Below, piece by piece: positions 47,826 through 57,476 of a stretch of DNA of 64,000 nt (the first letter of the stretch is position 1; every line of letters starts with the position of its first letter). The position numbers and the translations under genes were made by a program. The notes under the pieces are model-generated. The model was not told the DNA's origin, did not search any database, and saw nothing but the letters and a program-made list of their open reading frames with translations. This stretch comes from Bacteroidia bacterium (GTDB lineage Bacteria; Bacteroidota; Bacteroidia; SpSt-205). The stretch is taken from assembly GCA_025059535.1 (NCBI GenBank), contig JANXCX010000024.1:23425-87424 (forward strand), given 5' to 3'.

Positions 47826-50242
47826 CCCACGGCAAATACATACTGGGCATGGGCCCCCCCAATCGGAAAAGCCTGACCCACCCAACCCATAGAGGGATTG
47901 TAGATTTGCTGCGCTAGGTCTAAGCGTATCACCAGCACGGAGAAGTCCCAGCGAAGTCCAATCCCTGCCCCTATACCTGGGTAAGGATTCTTTCGGAAAA
48001 TCCCCCGCGCATCCTCAAAAAGTGTAGAGACGATGAACCATACATTGCCTACATCTACAAATGGCGCAACCTGAAGGCCTTTGTAGAGGAATTGGCGCAA
48101 TTCGGCATTCGCTTCAAACAGTAGCGTACCGCCTGGGATGAGGAAGAGGTTTTGAGGGAAGGCATAGCGGCCAGGACCTAATGACCCAAACTGCCAGGCC
48201 CGCATGCTATTAGGTCCGCCTACAAAGAAGCGATTTTCAAAGGGCAAGTCCTGCGTGTAGTAAAGGGCCTGACCTATACCCAAGCGGCCGCGCAGATAAA
48301 GCTGCTGGGCTGGCGAAAGAAGCGCCTGCCGCCAGCGCCCCTCTAAGAGGAAACGCACAAAAACGCCATAGCGGAAACGATTAAGGAGCCGATTATCCCG
48401 ATAGGTGCTATCCAAGGAAGGCCAGCCCAGTACCAACACATGCTCCAAAAAGAAAGGCACTACCCCCCCCAATTCTACTAGCAAAGCCGAGTAATCCCCC
48501 TTGCCCTTTTCTTGAGAGACGAAGTAGTTGCGATGAGAGGCTACCTGCCAGGCCGTAATCTGGGTAAGTCGCGGCAAATAGTCCAAAAGAATAAGGCTGC
48601 GCACCAGAGGAGAAAGGAGTTCTATCTGAGCCTCAAAACCCCTTGAGAATCGGCTGTCTATGAAGGTCAGGCTAAAGGGCGTCCATACCTGCTCTTCTTG
48701 GCGTTTATCTTGGAGGAGGTAGCGGGTGGTATGGCTCCAAGAGAAAGTAGCATAGCGCCGCAAGAAATCTACCTGCTCAATATCCTGGTAAGCCAGAAGG
48801 AAGGTTGTATGGAACTGGCTAACCGTACCTGTGAGGGGGTGGGGCGCAGCCTGCCGGGGGCGAAAGGTGGCTTGCGGTAAGGTAAGAGCCACCTCACCAG
48901 CGAGGTTATACAAAGGGAGAGGCGGCTCATCGGCGCGTCGGCGAAAATAGCTCAGGGCCGCTTGAGCCCGCAGGCGTAAAGGCCAGCCCCGCCGAAAAAG
49001 CGAAAGATGGGTGAAACGTAAATTCGCACTTGCGCCGGGAAGAGGTAAGCTCCCCACAAGCGGTTGAGTAGATTGAAAGCCCTCTAGACCTACCATCACA
49101 TCCAGTGGAGGACGAAGAAGGATATCGTAATTTACATGGATACGATTCAGGGAATCCTCTTGAAAGACAGGATTGACCCATTGGACTACCTCCAGGCCTT
49201 GCATAGCGCGCTGAGAAGTCTGAATGGCACGCAGGTCATACCGCCCACTTTGGGGATAGTAAAGGCGATTTACAAATACGCGACTGTCAATTATGCGGTC
49301 GGCGCGCGGTTCAGTATAGAGAGGAATAGTCGCCTGGTGCCGCCAAAGGACAGGAGTACGCTCAGACGTACGTACACTAATACTGGGGATGCCCATAGCA
49401 TAGCGCGGATAGCCGCTGGGGAGTTGCAGGACAACCTTACAGGTAGGTTTGGCTTCGGCCTCAAACCAGCGCTCCCAGAAAAAACGGGGCTGGCGCCCTT
49501 GCTCCGGCGTATTTGTCGTATCCACCTCCCAAATAAGCTGGCTTAGAGGCAAGCCATAATACCCTTCACTAAGCAGCATAGTGTAGGTAGCTTCCCGTAG
49601 CGCATCAAGCTGCGCTAGCTGATAGGGAGCCCCTATGGGTAGTTTTTGACGCGCCCAGAAACTATCTACTAAGGCTACCATTTCGCTATCGGGGCCAATC
49701 ACATCTAGCGCACGTATGTACCAGCGGCGCCCAGGGCGGATACGGTAGGTTACCTGCACTTCCCGCTCGGTAAGGGGAAGGATGTGGGGCTGAATAACGG
49801 TTTCAAAATATCCTTCTTGCAGGTAAGCGTCTTCAAGGAGGCGCAGGTCGCGCTCTATGTTTCGGTTGGAGAGGAGGGCTGGGGGCTCGCCTATTTGGTC
49901 GCGCAGAGCCCGGCCAAGGGCATGAGTATAGTAGCGCAGCTTAGGGAAGCGGCGCAGATAGCGCCAAGGCACCCCTTGACTTTCCAAGAGCACGCGTCCG
50001 GCCCAGTGGAGCTGGAGTCGGACACGCAGCCCAAAAAAACGCATGTTGCTGTGGGTATAAAGAGGAGGCGTCTCTTCAAGTACGTGGCCACGCAAAATTG
50101 GCCCACGAAAAACGAGGCGCTCTCCGGGTGCAAGAAAGTAGGCAGGGGCGCATCCACTAGCGCCCAGCAGGCTAAGCAAACACCACCGGCTGGCCCGCTG
50201 GGCTACCACAGAAGTACCCGCGCCAAAAGCTGAGCTCGCCAT
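47813..50242 (-). CDS. Omp85-superfamily outer-membrane protein (BamA/TamA-like, POTRA plus beta-barrel)
   Basis: POTRA-like NIERDLRLLEDAYLQEGYFETVIQP...EVQVTYRIRPGRRWYI. Long C-terminal barrel ending ...QYVFAVGYPF. Possible lipobox LLGASGC near the N-terminus. 809 aa. Confidence 0.5.
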   Translation of the reverse strand: MASSAFGAGTSVVAQRASRWCLLSLLGASGCAPAYFLAPGERLVFRGPILRGHVLEETPPLYTHSNMRFFGLRVRLQLHWAGRVLLESQGVPWRYLRRFPKLRYYTHALGRALRDQIGEPPALLSNRNIERDLRLLEDAYLQEGYFETVIQPHILPLTEREVQVTYRIRPGRRWYIRALDVIGPDSEMVALVDSFWARQKLPIGAPYQLAQLDALREATYTMLLSEGYYGLPLSQLIWEVDTTNTPEQGRQPRFFWERWFEAEAKPTCKVVLQLPSGYPRYAMGIPSISVRTSERTPVLWRHQATIPLYTEPRADRIIDSRVFVNRLYYPQSGRYDLRAIQTSQRAMQGLEVVQWVNPVFQEDSLNRIHVNYDILLRPPLDVMVGLEGFQSTQPLVGSLPLPGASANLRFTHLSLFRRGWPLRLRAQAALSYFRRRADEPPLPLYNLAGEVALTLPQATFRPRQAAPHPLTGTVSQFHTTFLLAYQDIEQVDFLRRYATFSWSHTTRYLLQDKRQEEQVWTPFSLTFIDSRFSRGFEAQIELLSPLVRSLILLDYLPRLTQITAWQVASHRNYFVSQEKGKGDYSALLVELGGVVPFFLEHVLVLGWPSLDSTYRDNRLLNRFRYGVFVRFLLEGRWRQALLSPAQQLYLRGRLGIGQALYYTQDLPFENRFFVGGPNSMRAWQFGSLGPGRYAFPQNLFLIPGGTLLFEANAELRQFLYKGLQVAPFVDVGNVWFIVSTLFEDARGIFRKNPYPGIGAGIGLRWDFSVLVIRLDLAQQIYNPSMGWVGQAFPIGGAHAQYVFAVGYPF

Positions 50243-51503
50243 TCACCCAAACGGCTTGCACTTCTCCCGCTAAGGTACGGCCTTCAAGGGGCGACCATGC
50301 GCAGCGGGTATAGTGGTAAGGGCTGCCCGCCGGTGGCACCTGCGTTTGGCCCATCGGATTGAATAGGACGGCATCCGCCCAATACCCCTCCTGAATAGGC
50401 CCGCGCGCCTGAAGGCGCCACAGACGAGCCGGCGCATATACCATTTTCTCCACCCAGAAGTTTAAGCCCACCCCCCAGGCACCTCCGATTGTCCATAGCC
50501 AGGGCAGAAGGTAGCCGTGGGCAGGCACACCCGCCGGGGCAGCTTCATAAGGCTGGTGCTTTTCCGCCCACGTGTGGGGCGCATGGTCGGTACCTACCAC
50601 TTCTAATACGCCTTCCCGCAAACCTTCCCAGAGCGCGCGGCGATCCCCCTCCGACTTCAGAGCAGGATTACACTTGAGAAGGTTGCGGTAATGCGGAAAA
50701 TCCCCCGCACTCCAAGTAAGATACACGGGGCAGGTCTCAGCCGAAACGTTAGGAGGCCGCTGCCGTAGAAGCTCTACCTCACCAGCGGTAGTGATATGAA
50801 GGAGGTGGAAGGGCACGGCGCTTTGGGTAGCTAGCCCTAGAAGCCAGCGCGTACTGGCTATGCAGGCCTCTGGCGGCCGCCGGCGTAAATGAAGGTCTGG
50901 TACCTCTTCCCAATCCTTGCCCCTCCACTGCGCTGCGGCAGCTTCTATAATCGCCTGCCGCTCACTGTGAAATACCAACCGCACGGGGCTAACCCGTGCT
51001 AGATGCTCTATCACGGCCTCAGAATCCACCAGTAAATCGCCTGTAGAGGATGCTAAAAAAACCTTTACCCCAGGGACCTGTTTGGGGTCAAGGCGCGCAA
51101 TCTCCGCAGCATTATCCAAAGTAGCACCAAAGTAGAGGGCAAAATTGACCCAACTTCGGCCAAGGATTTGCTGTTTTTTTGCCTCCCAGCGCGCAAGGGT
51201 GGTAGTAGGAGGGAGGGTATTGGGCATATCAAAAACTGTGGTAACCCCCCCTGCCAGCGCAGCCCGGCTTTCGGTGTAAAAATTGCCCTTATGGGTAAGG
51301 CCTGGCTCGCGAAAATGCACGTGGGTATCTATAAGGCCGGGCAAAAGATAGGCTCCTTTACCCTCTAAGTTGAGGCCACGCGCCCTATCGGGTACGCGGC
51401 CGATAGCGGCCCAACGCCCCTTATCAATCCATGCATCGCCTTCCTGCTCACCTTCCGCTAGCAGGAGGCGCACATTCCGAAGAATCCAGCTTACACCCGC
51501 CAT
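50172..51503 (-). CDS. Cyclic amidohydrolase (dihydroorotase-like)
   Basis: PGLIDTHVHFREPG, the HxH metal motif. Overall DHOase/allantoinase architecture, 443 aa. It overlaps queA by 13 bp. Confidence 0.75.
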   Translation of the reverse strand: MAGVSWILRNVRLLLAEGEQEGDAWIDKGRWAAIGRVPDRARGLNLEGKGAYLLPGLIDTHVHFREPGLTHKGNFYTESRAALAGGVTTVFDMPNTLPPTTTLARWEAKKQQILGRSWVNFALYFGATLDNAAEIARLDPKQVPGVKVFLASSTGDLLVDSEAVIEHLARVSPVRLVFHSERQAIIEAAAAQWRGKDWEEVPDLHLRRRPPEACIASTRWLLGLATQSAVPFHLLHITTAGEVELLRQRPPNVSAETCPVYLTWSAGDFPHYRNLLKCNPALKSEGDRRALWEGLREGVLEVVGTDHAPHTWAEKHQPYEAAPAGVPAHGYLLPWLWTIGGAWGVGLNFWVEKMVYAPARLWRLQARGPIQEGYWADAVLFNPMGQTQVPPAGSPYHYTRCAWSPLEGRTLAGEVQAVWVNGELSFWRGYFCGSPAGQPVVFA

Positions 51504-52621
51504 AGCAGCGAAGTATCCCCATAGCTTAGAAACCGAAAGCCGGCCTTGAGGGCGTAGGTATAGACGGCTTCTATAGCCGCCCGCCCGATAAAAGCCTCTA
51601 CCAGGGCCAGTAGCGTGCTGCCAGGCTGATGAAAGTTAGTGATGAGGCCGTGAGCTATCTGAAAGGGATAGCCTGGGAGAATGTAGAGGGCCGTATGCCC
51701 GCTGAGCGGCGGCCGAAGAGCCTCTAAAGCTACGCGGGGGGCAGGTAAGGGCCCTGGGTCCTCCCATACAAATTGAGGCAGCACGGCCGGCCTCGTCCCG
51801 CGCAAAGCCAGCATCCCCAGCCAATATAGGCTCTCTACTACACGCAAGGTAGTGGTGCCCACGCATACTACAGGGCCTTGGGTAGTTCGGAGCGCCTCTA
51901 AGGTTTCGGCTGAGACGGAGAACCACTCGGCATGCATGGTATGAGCCTCAGGCCGCTCCGGCTCCCGCAAAGGGAGAAAAGTCCCTGGGCCTACATGCAG
52001 CGTGATGGGATAGCGACGTATGCCTTTTTGCGCAAGGCTGGCCCATACCGCTTCGGTGAAGTGCAGCCCAGCGGTCGGCGCCGCAATGGAGCCCGGCACG
52101 ACCCCATGAAGGGTTTGATAGCGCTCCTTATCCAACGCCTCTGCGGGCCGCTTGAGGTAAGGGGGAATAGGCATTTCACCCACTTTCTCCAGAACCTGTA
52201 TGGCCGTAAGCTCGGCGGGCTGCCATTCGGCTTGGAAGAAACCCTGACCTTCTGGGGCAGGGCCCTCCCAGCTGAGGGTGAGGGTTAGGCTGCCCTCGGC
52301 TGTCCATTGGAGGTATCCGCCCCGACGCCAGAAGCGAGCCGGCCGAAAAAGGCCGCGCCACCGCTGAGGCCCGCCTTTCTCCCAGCCACCCTCCACTATC
52401 TCGGTAATTAGTACTTCGCTTTTCCCTTGGCGCAGGCGAGCCGGAATCACGCGGCTGTCATTGTAAAGCACCAGGGTATCTGAGGGTAGAAACTCGGCAA
52501 GCTGCCTGAAGCGGCCCTCGGTAATCCTACCCTGGGCATAAACCAGGAGGCGCGCGGCATCCCGCTGCGCCAGGGGATATAGCGCTATGCGGTCGGCAGG
52601 CAGCTCATAGGACCAGAGCAC
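51491..52621 (-). CDS. queA: S-adenosylmethionine:tRNA ribosyltransferase-isomerase
   Basis: MLWSYELPADRIALYPLAQRDAARLL...YNDSRVIPARL...TLHVGPGTF is canonical QueA. Confidence 0.9.
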   Translation of the reverse strand: MLWSYELPADRIALYPLAQRDAARLLVYAQGRITEGRFRQLAEFLPSDTLVLYNDSRVIPARLRQGKSEVLITEIVEGGWEKGGPQRWRGLFRPARFWRRGGYLQWTAEGSLTLTLSWEGPAPEGQGFFQAEWQPAELTAIQVLEKVGEMPIPPYLKRPAEALDKERYQTLHGVVPGSIAAPTAGLHFTEAVWASLAQKGIRRYPITLHVGPGTFLPLREPERPEAHTMHAEWFSVSAETLEALRTTQGPVVCVGTTTLRVVESLYWLGMLALRGTRPAVLPQFVWEDPGPLPAPRVALEALRPPLSGHTALYILPGYPFQIAHGLITNFHQPGSTLLALVEAFIGRAAIEAVYTYALKAGFRFLSYGDTSLLWRV

Positions 52622-52649
52622 CGGTCAAAATTAGCCAAGTTTAGGCACC

Positions 52650-52657
52650 TATCTTTG
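52650..52657 (+). promoter_or_regulatory. TAtcTTTG -7 element upstream of argS
   Basis: It matches the Bacteroidota TAnnTTTG motif and lies 5 nt before the ATG at 52662, in a 40-bp divergent region shared with queA. Confidence 0.3.
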
Positions 52658-52661
52658 CGCA

Positions 52662-54416
52662 ATGGCCTTCTGGCATGCCCTACTGGCTAATTGGCAAAGC
52701 GCCTGGAAAGCGCGCGGCCTAGAGCCGCTTCCGCGCGTAAGCCTAACACCCCCAGACCAAAAAGGTAACCTCACCCTAAATATTTTTCCCCTTCTAAAGG
52801 CCTTCCAAAACAACCCGCAAAAAGCCGCCCAAGCCGTACTTGAGCCTATACCCCATATAGCCCAAGTAGAGGTTGTGCGCGGCTTCATAAACCTCACTTT
52901 TACGCCCGCTTTTTGGCAGGAATTCTTGGCCGAAGCTCTGCAGGCCCCCCATAGGGGTTACACCCGCCTCAGCCTAGCCGAAGGGCAAAAAATCATGGTA
53001 GAATTCCTTTCCCCCAATACGAATAAGCCGCTCCATTTGGGGCACTTGCGTAACCTTTTCTTGGGCGAATCGGTTTGCCGGCTTTGGGAAAGGTTAGGCG
53101 CTCAGGTCATCCGGGCTAATCTTCTCAATGATAGGGGCATCCACATCTGCAAGTCCATGGTAGGCTGGAAGCGTTTCTTTGCTCCTCGGAAGCCGGCCGA
53201 AGTGGGTAAAAAGGGGGATCACTTTGTAGGCGATTGTTATGTGGCCTTTGAAAAAGCCTATAAGGCCCAGGTGGACCAGCTTAAGAGCCAAGGTGTGCCC
53301 GAAGAAGAGGCCCTTGTCCAGGCGCCTTTGTTTCAGGAAGCTCAGGCGCTGTTGCGCGCCTGGGAGGCACATGAGCCAGAGGCGCGCCAGCTCTGGCAGG
53401 AAATGAATAGTTGGGTGTATGAGGGCTTTGAGGCTACGCTGAGACGATTAGGGGTGCGGTTTGACCGCCTGTACTATGAGTCCGAAACCTACACCCTGGG
53501 TAAAGCCCTCGTAGAAAAGGGCCTTTCCAAAGGTATCTTTTTTCAAGCCGAGGACGGTTCGGTATGGGCTGATCTAAGTACAGTAGGCCTTGGCCGAAAA
53601 CTCCTCCTGCGGCGCGATGGAACCTCCGTATACATTACCCAAGACCTTGGCACGGCCCACCGGAAATTCAGCGAATACCCGGACCTTACCCGGTCCATTT
53701 ATGTGATTGGCGATGAGCAGGATCACCATATGCGCGTGCTAAAAGCCCTCCTGGCCCAGCTGGACCTGCCCTATGCGGAAAAAATCTACCACCTCTCCTA
53801 TGCGATGGTAGAACTCCCTACGGGCCGCATGAAAACGCGCGAGGGTACCGTAGTGGATGCGGACGATTTACTGGATGAGATGCATGCGCAGGCCTATGCG
53901 CTTACAGAAAGTAGCCTACCTGAGAATGAACGCCATACTATCGCCGAAATGGTAGCACAAGCCGCTATCCGCTTTTACCTTTTGCGCAGCGACCCCAAGA
54001 AACCTATTCTTTTTGATCCAGCAGAATCTATAGACCTAAAAGGGTTTACAGGGCCTTTCTTGCAATATGGCTATGTGCGGGCCAAAAGGCTGCTTGAAAA
54101 AGCGGCAGAGCAGGGAATAGAATATAGCCCCAATATGGCGCTTCCGCCCCTTCAGCCAGCTGAGGAAGCGCTTCTTCAGCAGCTTTATGGGCTGCCAAGC
54201 TTCTTAGAGGGGGCGGCGCGCGGGTTAGATCCTTCTATCTTAGCCCATTATGGGTATGAGCTGACGCGCCGGTACAATGAGCTCTATCAGACGCTGCCGG
54301 TGCTGATGGCGCCTGAGCCTGAGCGGAATCTGCGATTAGGCCTTACGCTAGTTTTTTTAGAGGCGCTGGGTGCGGTATTGGAGACGCTGGGAATAGGGGT
54401 ACCGGCGCGGATGTGA
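52662..54416 (+). CDS. argS: Arginine--tRNA ligase
   Basis: SPNTNKPLHLGHLRN (the HIGH region) and full-length class I ArgRS architecture, 584 aa. Confidence 0.95.
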   Translation: MAFWHALLANWQSAWKARGLEPLPRVSLTPPDQKGNLTLNIFPLLKAFQNNPQKAAQAVLEPIPHIAQVEVVRGFINLTFTPAFWQEFLAEALQAPHRGYTRLSLAEGQKIMVEFLSPNTNKPLHLGHLRNLFLGESVCRLWERLGAQVIRANLLNDRGIHICKSMVGWKRFFAPRKPAEVGKKGDHFVGDCYVAFEKAYKAQVDQLKSQGVPEEEALVQAPLFQEAQALLRAWEAHEPEARQLWQEMNSWVYEGFEATLRRLGVRFDRLYYESETYTLGKALVEKGLSKGIFFQAEDGSVWADLSTVGLGRKLLLRRDGTSVYITQDLGTAHRKFSEYPDLTRSIYVIGDEQDHHMRVLKALLAQLDLPYAEKIYHLSYAMVELPTGRMKTREGTVVDADDLLDEMHAQAYALTESSLPENERHTIAEMVAQAAIRFYLLRSDPKKPILFDPAESIDLKGFTGPFLQYGYVRAKRLLEKAAEQGIEYSPNMALPPLQPAEEALLQQLYGLPSFLEGAARGLDPSILAHYGYELTRRYNELYQTLPVLMAPEPERNLRLGLTLVFLEALGAVLETLGIGVPARM

Positions 54417-54483
54417 GGGGAGGTTTTTAAAGTTTTGGGCGGCGCAGCCCACAGGGGCTGCGCCGCCCCCGAAAATCCCTCCC

Positions 54484-55865
54484 TCACGGAAGCACCAGCA
54501 GCCGCTGCTGCCCAGCCCCAACCTGCAAGAGATAAACCCCCGCCACCGACGGCAGCGTAACCCAGCCCCCGCCCGCCGGCAGCTCGCCCTGTAGCACTAC
54601 CTGCCCACTCACGGTCAGCACGCGATAAGCCTGCGCCCTCTCCACCGCTACAAACACTCGCTCTCCACCCCGCACCGGCGAAGGCACAAACCACGCCCTA
54701 GATACCCCTTCCTGGCCCGCACCCTCCAGCGAACCCGGCGCCGAACCACGGCGGTACACATAACGCTCACGGAGCTCTGGACGAGGCGTGCAGCTGCTCG
54801 CCATACATGTATCCTGCTGCGCTACCGCCACATTACCACTATTGGAGTCATACGTATAGCGCCGCACCGTAACCGAGACCTCCGAGGGCTGATTATTCTC
54901 ATCATACTCGCGCACCTCAAGGCTATCCTTGAAAGGAAGGGTAGCATTCCCACTGTACAGGTAAAATTTTGTACCTCCCTCGTAGAAACTACCAAGGAAT
55001 GTAGTTGCTTCTGTCGTATCCTGCCGACGCACCAACCGATTGCTGGCATCGTAGAAGTATTTCTGACTTTTCCCGAGAATTACAAGGAAAAGATAATTCA
55101 CGTAAAGATATATGGAATCCAAACGCCCATTACGATGGTAACACTCTACGGTTAACACCCTTTCCCAACGGGGCGGCTCAGCATCGGCATTCCAAATATA
55201 TGCTTTCAAGCTATCAAAAAGAATGCATAGAGGTTCAAAATTTTCCGCATGAGGCTGTTGCAGTACCCAAGGATTTTCTACGCCAAGGAAACGATTACGC
55301 GTGGTCCAACCTTCAATACGTGCGACATCACCCTCGAGGACAGCCCAGTTATTTCCCCGTCTAACGCTATCATACACCTCTACCTTGATGCGTCCACCAC
55401 CTAAATCTTGATAGGTATAGGTCTGCTTACCTGAAGGCTGATCTTGGGATGGCGCATAGCCTAGCCGCACAGAATCTAAATCACGCCACTGGCCTGTACG
55501 GTAGTAGAAATTCTGAAAGGAAGTATCCAGCTCCCACGCTGAGCCCGCCCTTACGAAGAGGCTCTCGGACTGGGGAAGATTATTAGGATAATACCGAAAG
55601 ATGGTCAGCTCAACTGGGTCCCAACTGCCTCCGCTGGCATCAAGCGTATCTTTAAAAGGCTATCTACGAGCCATACATTCGCTACGCGCGCCTGAGATGG
55701 TACTACCTTGCCCAGCGTGCGGGAAAGGTACTTACTCAAACTTTGGATAAAGGTTTGGACCTCTCTGGAGCGTACTTGCGCAAAGCCTGCCCCTGCAAAC
55801 AGCAGGCTCAGTCCAATCCACCGCAGTATCATGCCGCAAAGGTGCAAAATTTGGTCAATCTGCAA
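54484..55865 (-). pseudogene. T9SS cargo protein gene interrupted by a single-base frameshift (signal-peptide ORF 55605..55865 plus body/CTD ORF 54484..55470)
   Basis: The 86-aa ORF has only a signal peptide (MILRWIGLSLLFAGAGFAQ). The 328-aa ORF has no signal peptide but ends in a T9SS CTD (...GVYLLQVGAGQQRLLVLP). Its frame stays open another 62 codons upstream, to a TAG inside the 86-aa ORF. One extra T in the coding-strand TTTTAAA run at about 55651..55660 fuses the two frames into a protein of roughly 460 aa. Confidence 0.5.
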
Positions 55866-55896
55866 GGGAAGCTAACCTGAAAATCTATTTGCGTTT

Positions 55897-56907
55897 TTAC
55901 CCCTGAGGAGTGGAGGGCTGACACAGGGCCTTCCATAGCTCCGCTTGATAGTAGCTCCAGTACAGCTGAGGAGAGTGGTGGCGCTGATAGCGTGCCCAGA
56001 AGGCGTCCCAAATAAGGCTCTGCTTTTTAGGATAAACTATGGGCAGATTCAAGGCCGCGGCCTCATAAAACTTCCCGAAAAGGCGTCCTACTAAATGGGG
56101 AAGCGGGGTATAAGGCGCATACAGGTAGCTAGCATAGCGCTGAAGATTTTGAATAACCGGGTACGGCACAAATCGGCTGCGCACCCAGAGCCAGCGGGGA
56201 TGGGCCTGAAGGGCCTCTGCAATGAACTGGGCTATAGCCTGAGACTTGAGGCTACCAGCCAGCACAAAAGGCTCATGCGGCCTAGCCAGCGCTTCCTGAA
56301 GGACTTCTCGGAGGCCCCAAGCCGGGGCGATATTCCCCGTGTAAAGGGCGTAGGCCCCTCGCAAACTAGGTAGGAGAGGCGGTAAATCTTCCACGGGCAC
56401 AAAGGCATTAGGTAGGAAAAAGCTGCGTTCAGGTGGAGTAAGGCCAGCGTAGGCATATTCCGCTAGGGTAAAAGCGCGTGGCCAGCGGCGTAGGGGGGCC
56501 AAGCCAGCCCAGAGCAGGCGGCGCACCCATCGCTGAAAGGGGGTGTAGATAGGGTCCCAGGTGTAATTTGCCGCATAGGGCTCCCACACGTCCCACAGAT
56601 GCGGCCGCACACCCAGCAGCGCCGCATAGGCCAGACCCAGTGGATCACACACAATCAGTCTCCCTTGCGGCCGAGGGGGCAAAAAATGGAGGTAATGTAC
56701 GGTTATGTTAGGCGTTTTAGGTACTTCACAAAGGGCCTGCCAAATAGAAGGCTCTACCTCCGAACGCAAAGGGCCTTCTAGCGCTGAGGGCGGCATGGGA
56801 CGACCCCATACTTCTACCTCGTAGCGTTGGGCCAGGGTGCGGGCTAAACGATAGTACCCACGGGGATGGTAGGCCACATCCCGCATCAGCCATATCACAA
56901 ACCGCAT
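55897..56907 (-). CDS. Hypothetical protein, possibly a GT-B-fold glycosyltransferase
   Basis: The C-terminal half (...PFVLAGSLKSQAIAQFIAEALQAHP...NLPIVYPKK) resembles the donor-binding half of a GT-B glycosyltransferase. The start is set at Met48, because the longer ORF would overlap the conserved macro-domain N-terminus. Confidence 0.3.
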   Translation of the reverse strand: MRFVIWLMRDVAYHPRGYYRLARTLAQRYEVEVWGRPMPPSALEGPLRSEVEPSIWQALCEVPKTPNITVHYLHFLPPRPQGRLIVCDPLGLAYAALLGVRPHLWDVWEPYAANYTWDPIYTPFQRWVRRLLWAGLAPLRRWPRAFTLAEYAYAGLTPPERSFFLPNAFVPVEDLPPLLPSLRGAYALYTGNIAPAWGLREVLQEALARPHEPFVLAGSLKSQAIAQFIAEALQAHPRWLWVRSRFVPYPVIQNLQRYASYLYAPYTPLPHLVGRLFGKFYEAAALNLPIVYPKKQSLIWDAFWARYQRHHSPQLYWSYYQAELWKALCQPSTPQG

Positions 56908-56925
56908 GACTAAATCCACGTAGTT

Positions 56926-57441
56926 TTGAAGGGCATGGGGAAGGTAGAGGTTGTGCGCGGCGATATTACGCAAATGGCCGTAGAGGCGATTGTAAATGCG
57001 GCTAATGAGCAGCTCCTGCCGGGTGGCGGCGTGTCGGGGGCGATCCATAGAGCGGCTGGGCCTGAATTAGCCGAAGCTTGCCGAAAGGTAGCCCCTTGCC
57101 CCACAGGCGAAGCACGGATTACGCCCGGCTTCGCCCTGCCAGCCAAGTATGTAATTCATGCCGTAGGCCCTGTCTGGCGCGGCGGAGAAGCAAACGAGCC
57201 AGCCCTTTTGGAAAAAACCTACCGCAGCGCGCTAGCCTTAGCCCGAGCCCATCAAATTCGCACGGTGGCCTTTCCTTCTATCAGTACGGGAATCTATGGC
57301 TTCCCTCTGGAAAAAGCTGCCCCTATAGCCCTGCGCGTGCTTCTCCAAGAAGCGCCGCACTTTGAAGCGCTCTTTCTCGTAGCCTTTGACGAAAAAACCT
57401 ACGAAGCCTATACCCAAGCCCTACGGCAGCTTGCCCCTTAG
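56926..57441 (+). CDS. Macro-domain protein (O-acetyl-ADP-ribose deacetylase / ADP-ribose-binding, YmdB-like)
   Basis: VVRGDITQMAVEAIVNAANEQLLPGGGVSGAIHRAAG...VIHAVGPVW...FPSISTGIYGFP carries the canonical macro motifs. 171 aa. Confidence 0.85.
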   Translation: MKGMGKVEVVRGDITQMAVEAIVNAANEQLLPGGGVSGAIHRAAGPELAEACRKVAPCPTGEARITPGFALPAKYVIHAVGPVWRGGEANEPALLEKTYRSALALARAHQIRTVAFPSISTGIYGFPLEKAAPIALRVLLQEAPHFEALFLVAFDEKTYEAYTQALRQLAP

Positions 57442-57476
57442 CTCTAATAGGTTTAGCGTATCTTTAAGGCGCCTGT

